Source of the DNA: Bugula neritina
Lineage: Eukaryota; Animalia; Bryozoa
DNA: 64,000 nucleotides
NCBI GenBank assembly: GCA_964035545.1
Contig: OZ037773.1
Location: 339,751 to 403,750, forward strand
Direction: 5' to 3'
The notes beneath the pieces were generated by a model, which had not been told where the DNA came from, made no database searches, and was given only the letters and a program-made list of their open reading frames with translations. Positions 40,629 through 54,500 of the stretch are shown here, piece after piece. The position numbers and the translations under genes were made by a program. Position 1 is the stretch's first letter, and each line of letters starts with the position of its first letter.

Positions 40629-40965
40629 GCCTAGGGCCACACTGTGCGTATTTTCGCATGCGAAAATTCAAATCACAAGTAGCAAAGGTGTCCACTGTAC
40701 GCGTTGAGAAAACATTTGCACTCAGCATTTTCAACGCAAGTGCGAATCGTCTCTGTCGTGGTCACGTAATAGGCTGGTAGTTGTTCAGCGAGCCAAATTT
40801 CTTTATTTTAGTGCTACATTCCAGTAAATTGCGTTTTATTGAAAGCAAGTGTGATTTAAAAATGAAAGCTTTATTTATCACGCATCACTGACGCTACAGT
40901 GGACACCTTTGCTACTTGTGGTTTCAATTTTCGCATGCGAAAATACGCACCGTGTGGCCCTAGGC
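40629..40965. mobile_element. PIF/Harbinger-type MITE
   Basis: ~70-bp TIRs GCCTAGGGCCACAC..TGCGTATTTTCGCATGCGAAAATT...; 3-bp TSD TAA at 40626-40628 and 40966-40968. Confidence 0.85.
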
Positions 40966-41966
40966 TAACTAAAAGGGCCACAGAATGTTATCATGTAGTT
41001 GTTGACAAGCTGTAAGTAAGTAAATTCCCATTGTTATGGAGAGTCCAGGCCATGATCTAGTTGGTAGGTTGGTGAAAGCATGTGAACCACTCATAGAGCA
41101 TACTAGATAAGAATCTAAGGCCACAATTTGAAGAAGAGAATGGCCTCATTCATACTGTGTATCCTGGTATTTTATACTGGACACTGTTTTTGATTAATAA
41201 TAAGCATGAAATAGCAGCAGATAAAAACAACTAACTATTCAGTTTACAGATATAATGTTGATTGTTTTCAAATTTTCTATAATTTTCTTTTAATTTGAGA
41301 TATGTGTTTTGTTGGACTGCTACTAAATATTTGCTATATGAAAGGTGCTGGCTCATTAGAAAACTTACTATAGTTGGTGAAAATGTCTATTGTTTGTTGC
41401 CCACTGGTCATTCAAACGTAACAAGCCAAACTTGTGCCGTCCTGGTAGCTTAGGCCACAAGATCATATAGATAGAGTTATGTAATGCCAAATTTATATAG
41501 CATCACCAATACCAAGTTCTGCAATGAAGAAAACTAAGCAGCCATTTGAGCGTTCATAAATAAAGTTTCAATGAATTTTTTGTTAACGCAAATGCATTTT
41601 AACTCAATCACAAAAAATCTGTTATATGGTGAAGAATTTTGGTAATTTGGACAAATCTTCATTGTTTTTTGATACAGCATTTGAATTGAGTATACCCAGA
41701 ATGAAAATTACAATTCTATGCACATAAATGTATCTCTTAGCAGTAGAGTATAAGATATATGAACTCACAATTTTTAGCCATTTGTTGGAATTTTAGTTTT
41801 TTACACCAATTACAGTTCTTTTTGGCTATTTTTTAATAGAGAGCAGAGTAAAAGCAGATGCATTTTGTCACTCACCAACATTGACAGCCTGTTTCATTCT
41901 GCTTGATATTACAACATTATTTTAGATGTAAACTTTACAAGAAAGTAGTGTACAGTACTGTACACA

Positions 41967-44900
41967 ATGAGTACAACAGGACGAACTTTGCATGAGGCAG
42001 AAAATGCGGCAGAAGCAAAACTGATGGTAGGGTCAGTCAAAGGAGAAGAACTGAGAGACTTTGTGCTATCAATTGATGAACATCAATGTACAGCATTGCA
42101 CAAAGCTGCTGACCATGGTAAAGATGATGTTGTAAAGTATATCTGTAGCCTATTTCCTGGCAATGATGAGTTGCTGTTCAAAAGAGATTGTGATGGTTGC
42201 ACAGCTCTACACTGTGCAGGAAGCAAAGAGGTGGCGAGAATTCTTGTAGAGTCGGTTTCCCAAAAAATAAGAAGAAATTTTGTGCTGTTGGGTGACAATG
42301 ATGGATCAACAGCATTACATACAGTTACTGAAGAAAGTAAAACTGATGTAGTAGCATATCTCTGCCACCTTTTTCCAGGTGATGATGAGTTGATACTAAA
42401 AACAGATGACAGTGATAGAACAGCTCTACATTATGCTAGCACAATAGATGTAGCAAATTTACTTGTTGAGTCAGTCAAACATGAAAATCAACAGGAGTTT
42501 CTTTTAACTCAGGATGCTTTTCAGTACACAGCCTTACATTTGGCAGTCCATGAAAAAAAGCACAGCATGGTAGACTATCTCTGTGGTTTAAATATATCCA
42601 AGGATGAACTAATACTTGCTAAAGATTTTCTTGATTGCACAGCTTTGCACTACGCTGAAGACAGATGTATGGCGGAAAAACTTGTCGAGTCAGTTACACC
42701 AAAAAAGCAAAAAGGATTGGTGACATCAGTGGATGCATGTGAAAGATCTGCTTTACATATAGCTGCTAGTTGTGGAAGGACCGATGTGGTACAATATTAT
42801 TGTAGCTTGCATCCAATTGCAGAAGAGGTAATATTCATGGTGGATTGTGATGGAAAGACAGCTTTACATGATGCAGAGAACATAGATATAGCAAAAATAC
42901 TGATGAATTCAACTGGGCTAGAAAAACAAAAATTACTTATGCTGACTGCTGATGAGACTGGATGCACAGCTTTGCATACAGCAGCAGAGGAAGGCCGAGT
43001 TGATGTTGTAAATTTTTTGTGCAGCTTTCATCCTGCCGATGAACTGATAGCACAGAAAACTTGCGATGGTAAAACAGCTTTACATTGTGCTAAAAACAGA
43101 GAGATTGCACAGTCAATTGTAGAATCACTCAGACCAGAAAGAAGGAAGGATTTTTTACTATCAGTTGATAATAATCAGTTTACACCATTACATTGTGCTG
43201 CTGCAGAAACAAATGATGATGTAGTAGAATATGTCTGCTCTGTTTTACCAACCAATGAGGTGCTTCTCATAAAAGATGAAGATGGTAGAACAGCTCTACA
43301 TTATGCCCAAAGTAGAAAAACTGCAGAATCACTTGTAAACTCAGTTGAACCAAAGAAGCAAAAAGAATTTGTCATGATGTTAGATGACTACCACTGGTCA
43401 GCATTAACTTCTGCAGCTGCCATAGGCAACAGCAATGTAGTAGAATACTTATGTTCTTTTATTAAAGAAGATGACTTCATACTAAACAAAGACTTTAAAA
43501 GCAAGACAGCACTTCACTACGCCAAAAATGAAATAATCGCGCAGCTTCTAGTCGAGTCAATTACACCAGAAAAGCAAAAGAAGTTTCTGGCATTTGTTGA
43601 TGAAGATCATTGTACAGCATTGCATAGGGCTGCTGAAAATGGTAGAAGTAGTATAGTGGAATACATCTGTGGTTTATATCCAAATTATGATGAATTACTT
43701 TTAAAGAGGGACAAATTTTGCATGACTGTATTGCACTATGCTAGAGACAGAGAGGTGGCAGAGCATCTTGTAAAAGCTGTTGTACCAGAAAAAAGACAGG
43801 AGTTTGTATCATTTGTTGATGATCATCAGAGTACAGTTCTACACCTGGCTGCTTCTTCTGGTGCAGCTGATATAATAAAATATCTTTGTGGCCTATGCCA
43901 ATCAGCGAATGATGAGCTAGTACTAAGCAAAGATTGCTATGGAAATACAGCTCTGCATTATGCAGTGAATAGAGAAATAGGAGAAACACTGGTCAAGTCA
44001 GTTACACCTGAAAGAAAGAAAGAACTGTTACTATCTGTTGATGAAAATCGGTTCACAGTACTACACAATGCAGCTATTCGTGGTAGAACAGACGTAGTTG
44101 AGTATCTTTGTGGTATTCCTCAAATTAGCGCTGAGCTGATACTTGTCAAAGCAATTAATGGCTACACAGCTTTGCATTATGCCAAAAATGGAGCAATTGC
44201 AAAAGCGATAATTAATGTGTCAGATATTGATTTGATGCAAGTTCTATCAATCAAAACAAGTGGAGGTGATACCCCTATATTAACACTTGCCAGATTTGGT
44301 CGTTACGATGCTTTAAAAGAAGTTCTTCAGCAGTTGGAACAGCTTGATTCAAGTGTGCTAATGAGTTACTTGCTAGAACGTAATGAAAACAATCAAAACA
44401 TTTTACATGTTATTGCCTTATCGCCAATCCTAGAAGACCTGTCTTTACTACTGAGAGACTATTTTTGCAGTTCAGATATTATGGATATGATGTACCCTGA
44501 CATCTATGGTAACACACCAATTCATTATGTTGCTGCTAAATATGATACCAAGACATTTGCCGATTTTATGCTAAACCTTCCTTTGGCAATAAGAAAAAAT
44601 ATTGCAGATGCATCAAATGTACAGCTAACTGATTGTCGGAGAATTATTTACAAAAAGTCATTCAACGAGCTATTCTACGTTCAAAAGGTGCTCTGTGATG
44701 AGTCTAACAAGCAACTGACATCTAAATTTAACAACGTTAAAGCTCTCTTTGCAGAAGATTTAGAACAACAGTTGGCTGCACCTGAAAATGCTTTCAAATA
44801 TGATGTAAATATTCTCAGAGTATTGAAATACTCATTAAACGAATACTCGCTGTTAGACTCTGTTTACAAGACATCACATTTTCTATTCTCTGCAGCTTTC

Positions 44901-47900
44901 AATAGCCAGAGAGCAACTGTACTGTCCAATGAAGCATACAGAAGCCATAAATTGTTGGTGGGTTGCTCTCTCTATATACTGCTTACCTTGCATTTTTTTC
45001 CACATAATTTTTGAGTTTCATATTGCGACAAAGCCACATGAAACTTCATGAACATATCTAAATTCCTGTTATCAAAAGATGTAAGTAGCTCAATAGGCAT
45101 CTCAACAATTTTTCAGCCCTTTACAAAGTTTATGTATAAGCATTTGGGATCAAGTATGAGCATATATTCTGTGAAACAATAAGTATTTTTATTTACAGAG
45201 CAAATTCAATCATTAAAATATTTAAATTTTCTATAATCTGTCTATTGCTGGTATTATAACTCCAATTCATCAATATTTTAGCATGAACTAGTTGATATAC
45301 TTGTGTGATACAGTTATAAACAATGATAAAACTTTAGACCTAATAAATATACACTATTGAAGTATTTCTATTCCAGAAGCTGACTAAAGCCGAGGATCAT
45401 GTGTTTATAGCCATAGACACAGACAGTGTGGGGGAACCTAAACAAATTGAAATACAGAATACACTCAATGATATGGACATGCCCAGATACAATGGCAAAC
45501 CTAAGGTGATCATAACTTTACCTGCTATTGACTGCAGTTCAACTGTATTGTATATAGAATACTAATTTTTCTCAATAAGCATGAGTTTTTTTTCAACTAA
45601 ATCTTAGATTTATTTAACAACCTGTTGAATTTGAAGATGTAAATGAAAGCTGGCTATAAAAATGTACAAAAACACCACATTCAATGTTGTAACAAAACAA
45701 ATCAATATGCTCAATCTGCTTGCATAATAATTGATCTTGTAGTTTGGATATTATATTAATTATTATGCGTTGAAAACCAAAGTTATTTTTAAAGCATTTA
45801 AATACATTTCTGCTGTATTGATCCAGATAGCTGTAATACAGAACTCACTATCAAGAGCAGATTTGAATCTGATACCACCAGGTCCTGACTACCTCATACT
45901 CTTGGTGAAGTACAACACAGATAAACATGCAAGGTAATGCGTTGCAAGACTGATTCATTGCTCAATGGTACCATGAAAATGCAAAAACAGCTATAATGCA
46001 CTCTCGCACTCAAAGTTTTTGAAGCAGTAATTGATTGGTTTAGTTGTCGAAATTCAAACACAGAAAGTTGTAAATGTGTATAGCAGCATGTACATAATTA
46101 ACATCATTACAATTGAATTTCTGTATTGAAAATTCTTACATATTTTTTATATTATCATAAACATTTTGATAAAACTTTCGTAGCAATAAACAAGTACCAA
46201 ACATGGAAAAGTGTGATTCAATACATTCCATGATTGCTGAACTCAGCAGTGACCCTGATGTGCAGAAAGTGAGTGTAAACTCTACTCTGAACAAGAGATA
46301 CATCAGAGATAAGGATGAGTGGCTGGCAGATGATGATAAAGTAAGTAAACTAGAAAATGGGAATGTAACTATGTTAACTGTTGGTAAAGCAGGTAAACCA
46401 AATGATGCTAGAGTGGGTAGATGAGATGATGAGAAACAACTGAATACATGATTATTGAATAAGTAAAATAGCTGGTAATAAATAAAAGATAATTGAAGGT
46501 AAAACATTAGCTGGAAACTAATTTTTTTTTCTGTAATTTTGTTAGTTTCAGGTTTATTTACGTTTACATGTCAGCATGACATAATGTTTTCTTCATGGTT
46601 ATATGATAAACCCAATGAACTGCAATAATGAACTAATATTATGAAATTTAATGGATTATCGTATTACAGAAGTACACATTGAATTACATAACCTATTTAT
46701 ACGTAGGTGCCAGCTCTACAGACTTCCATGACTACAGATTTATTTTCTGCACCATTATGTGATGAGTACTTCAATGTTTCCATCAAATATAAGAATGAAA
46801 ATTACAAAAGGTAAATATTAAGTAACATTGATGAGTGCATATCAATGTAGCTCATAAGCTACAACCTTTCATACAAAATTTTTAACTTATGTGCTTTTAT
46901 TTATTTATGTAGAAAAAAGGCCATTAGTTTGATGGGGCACCAATCAGTAGAATCACAAGTTGATAAGCTTAGCTGTGACCCTCAGGTGCAGAGTCTAAGC
47001 ATGAATTCAGCAAGCGATGAAAAGCAAGTGTCGAGCTTTTTAAATAAGACCAACAGAGGAAGAGCTTTAATGATATTCAACAACTTTGACTTATGTCCTG
47101 AACCAACAAGACATGCTAAAACCATTTCTCAAGAAAGAGCAAAAACTTTATTGAATGCCCAAACAGTTTTAGCTGACCATTTTGGGCTTCAAGTAAGCAA
47201 TAAAATATAGAATATTATCAATTTTAATGCAGCTTACGGCCAATGCTAGCACAGACTGCTTTAAATTCCTTATTTCTTTTAGAAGTGTAGTGTTGATTTA
47301 ACCCAACAGCTCCTGTGGTGTAATTGGTTAGCGTGCCTGCTTGCAAGCTGGAGATCTGTGGTTTGAATCCCGGTGGGGGCAATTATTTTTCAAGCTATTT
47401 CGGCCTTTAGTGAAGTGTAGTAGTAGTAGTACTCCAAGGGAGTTGAGAGGCCAGGGGAGCCTGAAGACTGGAGAAGTAGTAGATATAGGTTAGCAGATTT
47501 CAAAGAACTGGGTGGGATGTAGCAATGATTTTACCCAGTAGCCCCTGTGGTGTAATTGGTTAACATGCCTGCTTACAAGCCGGTGGGGGCAATCATTTTA
47601 TAAAAATTATACTTATTTTCTTGAAGTAACGTCAATTAAAACTTGCAGTTAGTCTAGTAATTATTACATTATTATTATTATTGGTGGTGGTATCACAGCT
47701 TTTTAGCTGGTGTAACCTTCTACTATCGGCCTATAATTCAAATAGGCTGGGATGGACAGAACTTTCTTCAAGATGTGAGTTGATCCTAATAAGGCTGTCT
47801 GCTAAATCAGTAAGTATTTGTTTTCAGCTACTCCAAGTAGTGCCATCCAGTCTACAGTCTTGTACAAAGCTTCAACGGCTCGAACTACAATGGGATGACT

Positions 47901-50665
47901 TTTATTGATGTTTTCTAAAGACGGGTCAATTTTAGCGCTAAATCCTGTACTAAATCTTGGATTCTTTTTTTACTCTGTAGTCACCAGTCACCCGCACAGG
48001 ACTACGACCGTATAGGTGTGAAAGGTGTGAAAGTCACCAGGGACTGCGATATCGATGATTGTTGTTTCAGTATTACGCTTGTCAGTTATCACTATATCGA
48101 GCCTCCTAGCTCTGGTGACTCTGTTGGTGTGTATGTTGAAGTTTCACAATATTTTTAAATTGTCATTTTCCAGTACTGATGCTGCTCGGTGGTTGTATCA
48201 ATTCTTGCTTCTCTGAACCCCATGAAGTGCACACAACTCCCAGCCAATTATCAATGCCACATGGTCTGTCTTCTCTTATATTCTCCTTGTGCTAACTTTT
48301 CACATTCACTCAGCATATGCATCACAGTATTGTCCCTTGCATTACACATCCTACACTTCTTGCTACTTTGTTCTTTTATTATATAGCTACTTTATAATTT
48401 CAAGTAGGGAGTGCCTGATCTTGTGCAGCCAACAGCAGTCCTTCTGTTTCTTTTTTCAGCCAATCAGATTTTAACCAGTTCCATGAGTATGTTTTCATGT
48501 CTTCTACTTTTTTGATGTACCGACCATTTAGAGCCCTTCCTTTCTACCCATCAGTTCTTTCTATTGCTTTATCGTTCTTGAGTTCTATCACTGTTTTGTC
48601 TTTTATAGAAAGGTATTTAGTGTGGTGTTTCCATAAGTACGTGTTCTCTTTATTTAATCTGACATGCTGCATTTTTCAATCCTGACACATTCTTCAATTG
48701 ACACCATCCCTCTGCTGCCTCCCCTTCTGCTAACATACAGCCTGTCTACATCTCCTCTTGGGTGAAGTGCACGATTTATTGTCATTAGCTTCCTTGTCTT
48801 TCTGTCTATGTCTTTTATAGTTTATCAACGGTCTAGTCAAGTGTTCCAGCTGTGTAACACACTGCTGCTACTGCCCAAGTGTTTATTGCTTTGATCGTAT
48901 TCCCTCCGATCAATTTTGATTCCAGAACTTTTCTTATTCGTTTATATTACTCTTTCCTGATCTTATCTTTCATTTCATTTAATTTTATTCTCTCAGTCTT
49001 GAGAACTCTTGGGTACAGCTCCTCACCAATATCTTCGATTACCTGTTCATTAGGCAGTCTGATTCCTGTGTCCTCAATTTTATTTCCCCTTCTCATAACC
49101 AGTGTAGCATATTTTTGTAATCCAAATTTCATTTCTACATCTTTTGTAAAGATTCTGGCAGTGTTGACCAATGCTTCCAGTTCTAACTTTGATATCCTAT
49201 TTAGCTTCAGTCATCCACATATAGAAGATATTGTCTTTTTCTGCTCCCCCCCCCCATCTTGTATCCTTGAGCCGCTTCTTTCAATAGAATAGATAGTAGG
49301 ATAAAAGCAGTTACAAAGAGAAGTAGAGATAGAGTTTCCTTAAAAAATTATTATTATTATTACTATTAAAATTATGCACTAGAACACTACTCTGTGTTCA
49401 CCAAGGTCAAAGCAATGATGGGATCTGCGCTTTTTACACTTCAAAATAATCAATTATTATTTCTATAAAAATGAGTTCCATGAATATTTTTAGGTTGAGA
49501 AAAAGTATGACATGTCTGCCAATAAAATGCTAAGTTCCATATCAGAATTCTCCAGATCAGAAGGACATGGTACAATTGCTGCTCTAGCCATCTTCTCTCA
49601 TGGTAAAGATGGGATGGTTTATGGACATGATGGCGAGTCAAACTGTTCAGTGCAGGAAATAGTGAATCACTTTAATCTTGGTCATGTCAAAGATATTCCA
49701 AAGGTTTGCCTACAACTGCTTTTGTGTCTTATTTCACAACTTGAGTTGTTTAAAGTACAAAACAAAGCAGTCAGGATCTACCATTCCATTTAGTAGAATT
49801 AGTATCCACTGAGCTGCATGATTGTTTGTAAATATGTAAATACTACACATTGTAGATAGTGTTCCTGTCCTGCTGCAGGGGAGATATTTCAGCCATATAC
49901 AATAGAGCTCCTCATAGTTTTGAATCTAGTGAAAAGTTTCCTGATATACCTTTACTGTATAAACCAATCAAGAGAGAACTGCCTCCGATAGTTAAAACTA
50001 GAGAATGGGAAAGACAAGCTACAAACTGCAATCTTCCTCTTGATATTTCAGTAGATTGTTACGTCTGCTTTACAACTCTTCCAGACAGCAGGTAAGTATT
50101 GAGACGAATTTATGTGTTTTTATAACATCTTGAAGCTTTTAGTCAAAGTTTATTGGAGTTGATTTTCATAAGCTTTTTGCTTCATAAAGGAACTCAATAA
50201 ATATTTGATTTTGTATCATTTTCCTAGCACATGGTCATGTTGCAATTGACAAGTCACCTTTTTTCTGTAGCCTACAATTGATTTCATAAATTAATGTTTT
50301 TTTTAAATTTGTTAAAATATAATTTCAGGTCAAAAGCTGGAATGTTTTTCAAATACTTTTCTGAATATCTCTCTGAGCTCACTAACTGCAGAGCTTCTGA
50401 CTCCCAACTATCCAATAAGTTTGTGAGAGACACTACATCTAGGAACTCCTTTCAAAGCCAAAAACAACCACCAGAGGTCTCTGTAGAACGTCTTGTCCTT
50501 AACCCAACCGTACAGAGAGTAGAACTAGTTGATCTGCTTACAGATGTAGCTGGAGTACTGAGAGAGAAGTTTCAATCTAAGCAATGCTTTAACTTGTGTT
50601 ACTCTGTAAATAGAGACAGCAAGCATGTTGTTATAGATCTCTCACCTTCAAATCTTTGTGACTAG
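41967..50665 (+). CDS. Ankyrin-repeat / caspase-like (peptidase C14) fusion protein (~1516 aa)
   Basis: Exons 41967-44957 (~24 ANK repeats), 45377-45505, 45827-45933, 46184-46340, 46707-46810, 46913-47192, 49494-49703, 49856-50091, 50329-50665. All GT-AG with compatible phases; the joined 4551 nt is open. Caspase motifs RGRALMIFNN, IFSHG and IPKIVFLSCCRG, plus a p10-like C-terminus. Confidence 0.85.
47286..47602 (+). mobile_element. TRIM (miniature LTR element) with tRNA-derived LTRs
   Basis: LTR1 47286-47392 (TGTAG...TTCA) contains a tRNA-like segment 47309-47381; PBS AGCTATTTCGGC 47393-47404; PPT-like AAAGAACTGGGTGGGA 47502-47517; LTR2 47518-47602 is a homolog with a ~22-bp deletion. Confidence 0.75.
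47683..49340 (-). mobile_element. Degenerate R4/Dong-like non-LTR retrotransposon (RT C-terminus plus restriction-like endonuclease)
   Basis: Minus-strand fragments ALHPRGDVDRLYVSRRGG and RARRLDIVITDKRNTETTIIDIAVPG; bounded on both sides by (ATT)n/(TAA)n repeats, the typical Dong target. Confidence 0.8.
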
Positions 50666-51547
50666 ATAATTTTATTTGTACAAAGTTTATAGGTACTGTG
50701 AAATTCCATTCTTTTAGAAAAAAATCTTGTGAAGTTTTTTTTTAAGCCTTACCAGAATGTTTAGCAATTTTTTGATTTAACCTGTTTTTCTGGGTGCAAT
50801 TTAAGGCTACTGAATGTGCAGGCAAAATGCTGAAAAATTGTATTTGCTTGTTTAGAAGCGTTGCTCCACTACAAATATGTCAGGCAGTACTAGGTCTGCA
50901 GCTAAGTTATATATACTACATGACGCATGTGTATATGTACGGTATATTTATTCAACAATGATGCTACTAAAAAGTTGGTATACCATGGTAAGTTTGAAAA
51001 GTTTTTTTTTTCAAATTTTCTGACCAGTTTACATCAGATGTATTAAATACAGCTGGGGAAGTTTAAACTATGGTCTTCAAAATATTTTAATTTATATGAC
51101 TAAATTTCATAATAATATTTTTATATTATTTTTTGATACATAGTATGCTAATAAATTGCATTATTTTATATAATTACATTATGTTTTTAAATATTACATA
51201 TATTACATTGTATATTGATATATCTGTGTGTATAGGCTATGACATCATAATTTCATTTATGCAATAAATTAAATTAATCTCCAAATCCAAAGTAGCACTT
51301 TGTAATAGTATTATACTTAAAGTTCACTAAAATATCTTTATTTGGAAAGCACAACTGATCACTACGAACACATATCTAAAACTGACAATATATACAAACA
51401 ACAAGGATAAAGAGATTTAGAACACAAAGGAACAAAGCACAACTATATTAATATTTATAAAACAGGTTACATAACTGCATGCACATTCCATTTCCCCCTG
51501 ATCTTATCAGATCAAACAAATACTTAATAAAACAAAAAGAAAAACAT

Positions 51548-54500
51548 TTACTCATCTACATAAAAGTCTGCCAACCACCTGGGTGGCTGTCTATCTCTTA
51601 CTGGCCGGTCAATCACTTCGTCTACACTTTCACCTTCTTCAACATTTTCACCATCCACAACTCTATTTGCATCTGCATCCTCATCAGCATTATCTGACCT
51701 CAGGTTAATTTCAATGTCTCTATGTACCTGAGATTGTTGTTTTGTACTGGATGAAACGTCACTACTTTCCCTGTTCCCTGTATTAGCCAATCGGACATCG
51801 CTTACATGTCGTGTCATACCATCTACCATTACTGCAGTGTTCGACACAACCCTAGTAATCGTGCCCTGTGGCCATGCAGTTGTGCATTTAGAATTCACAG
51901 GTTTTACATATACTTTGTCTCCTACATTGTAGGGGTTTTTTGTAATGTCTGTGGGTTTGCCTACTGTTGATGGTGATACTTTAGGCAGCTTTACATTATA
52001 GCTGTATAAACTTCGTGAAGGTATTACATTGTTACTATTTGGAGTGTTGTTGTACCAAAATACCATATTTTCTATTGAGGATCTAGTTCGAGCTGCCATT
52101 CTTTTTATAGTCCTGTGATTGCGCTCTATGACACCATTTCCAGATGCTCTATAAGCACAGCTAAATATGTGCTGTACATCCCACTGGCTAAGTAACTGTT
52201 TCAATCTGTCACTTCTAAAGCATGGTCCGTTGTCTGACAGTAACTCTGTTGGTGGACCACGTTGCTGAAACACCTTTAGTAGGTGATTTACCACAGAGTC
52301 AGCTGTCTCATTCTGCAACTTTATCCACACAGCAAATCTACTTGGACCACAGTCGATAATAGTCAAGTACGGTACACGATTATAATGACTCACATCCATT
52401 GCCAGCCTATACCAATTCTCATTGACCTCCAGAACTCCTCTTTCCCACTGCACTGGAGAAGGGTCAATACTCCTACACGCAGCACATTCCTTGACTACTC
52501 TTTCAACTAACTCCTTGTCTATGCTTTCTCCGAATTTACATTTAGCTAAATAAAATGTTCTTTCAATGCCCAAATGATGCATTCCATGCATCTTGGCTAT
52601 TTCATCCTTCAGGTCAGCTACATCAGGAGTTGTCACACCTGCACTTGCACAGGTTATTCGCTTAGTAAGCCATGCTGAACTCACCCGTGTCAGAGCATCT
52701 GCCCAATTCTCAGCTGATTTCACTAAATGTATTCTTAAAGACAGCTTGTACTCTTCTATCAGTTCCGCTATAACACCTAACCTACGTTTCACAATCATCT
52801 CATTCATGCCATTAACTTTTGGTCTGACACTATCATTGATTACAGATGTGACCCACCTGAATACTGACATTGAATCGGTTTTCACTACAATGTTGCATAG
52901 ATTCCATTTTAAAGCCAAATTTAGGCCTTTTACCACAGCTTCTAATTCTGCTACACTGATGTGGGTGCAATCATCGGGTTTTCTCATCCACGAAGCATCC
53001 TCCACTATTTGGTCATCTATTTGTACAGACACTCCTATTGCCAAACTGCTTGCATCACACCATACAGTGCCTGTATCAGTATTAGCCACATGCCACTTTC
53101 CTTTCACAGGATCAGATTTTGCAACTCTATCTAATGTCTCTAACAACATCTTTTGAACGTGGTCAGACACAGCACTATCCCACATATCTGATTGCGTCAA
53201 CCTTTTCATAAAACTGCATGCTACCCTAAGCCATCCTGCTACAGGAAAATGTCTAGTCAGTTTACCACACACTGAAAACAGCTCTCGCTTGCTTATGCTG
53301 CTATTTGACTCAAGAGATGGTAGCTCACCATCACGCTGCCAGCTATAACATGACATGCCACCTCTATGCCCCTCTCTAACCCTTAGCCCTAAAACTCTAG
53401 CATTACTGAGTTTCTCTGGTTCTTTAGTAACCAAACCGAACTTCAACAAATGATTTCGAACTACTTCTACCGAAACAACAGTCTCATCAACTATAATGTC
53501 ATCTATATAACTATCAGTACCTTTTTGGATAGTGTCATCTTGAGCCAGCACTGTAGATAAAACTTTTGACATGATTTTAGGTGCCACATTTAAACCAAAA
53601 CCTAACCTAGTCATTACATAGATCTTACCCTCATACCGTACAGCTTGAAACCTTTGCAAATCGCTATCCACATGAAGTTGTAAGTAAGCTTTTCTTAAAT
53701 CCAGCAAACTGGCATTGTCACCAAGTAGCCTCCATTTCCTCAATTTATCCTGACAAATGGCAGTGTCACCACTGGGCTTACTGTAGATGTATTTGTTGAG
53801 TTCTCCACTATAATCCATAACAGGTCGAACCTGGGTTGGTTTATTTGGCTGGGCAGCAGCCACCAATGGTACAATTCCAGTGACTGTACCATGTAATTTA
53901 TTGTCATACAATTGTAGCCATCCATCATTAATCCATTGCTGAATCTGCTCATGGTAACTATGCTTGAATTTGTCTTTTACAGCATACTGTCCACATTGGT
54001 TCTGTAATGTCGGTTCACCATTCTCCCATTTCCACCTCACTGTCCATTTTTTACCATCAAATTTAGCATTAAAGTCAGTGTCACTAACAGAAAGTTCACC
54101 TGTACTATCACTAGTTAATGTCTTATCAAATCTATCTACCCCTACACCTAGACTAACAGCACTAACTTTACCAACTTCTGTTGTTGGTTCAACTGCAGGA
54201 AACATCACCTGCTTATTCCTAGTAATTGTCACACCACCTAATTTGCTAATAGCATCTATTCCCAAAATTAAAGAGCAACCACCTACTAACATTGGAGCTA
54301 TTAAACATTTTACAGAGAGATGACGATTTCTAACCTGCACTGCTAATTGAGCTTCACCCCTACATTTAGTTATTTGTCCATTTAGCATTAGAACCCTCCG
54401 TTCAGGACCACATGGTGCAACACCTAGCTGATTACAAAATCTTTCTAAAACTACTGATTGTTCACAACCACTATCTACTAGTGCTTTTATGCTCACACTG

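Noticed and set aside
47309-47381. Functional tRNA gene
   Set aside because: Mismatched stems, a 6-nt anticodon loop and an altered T-loop; it is part of a TRIM LTR.
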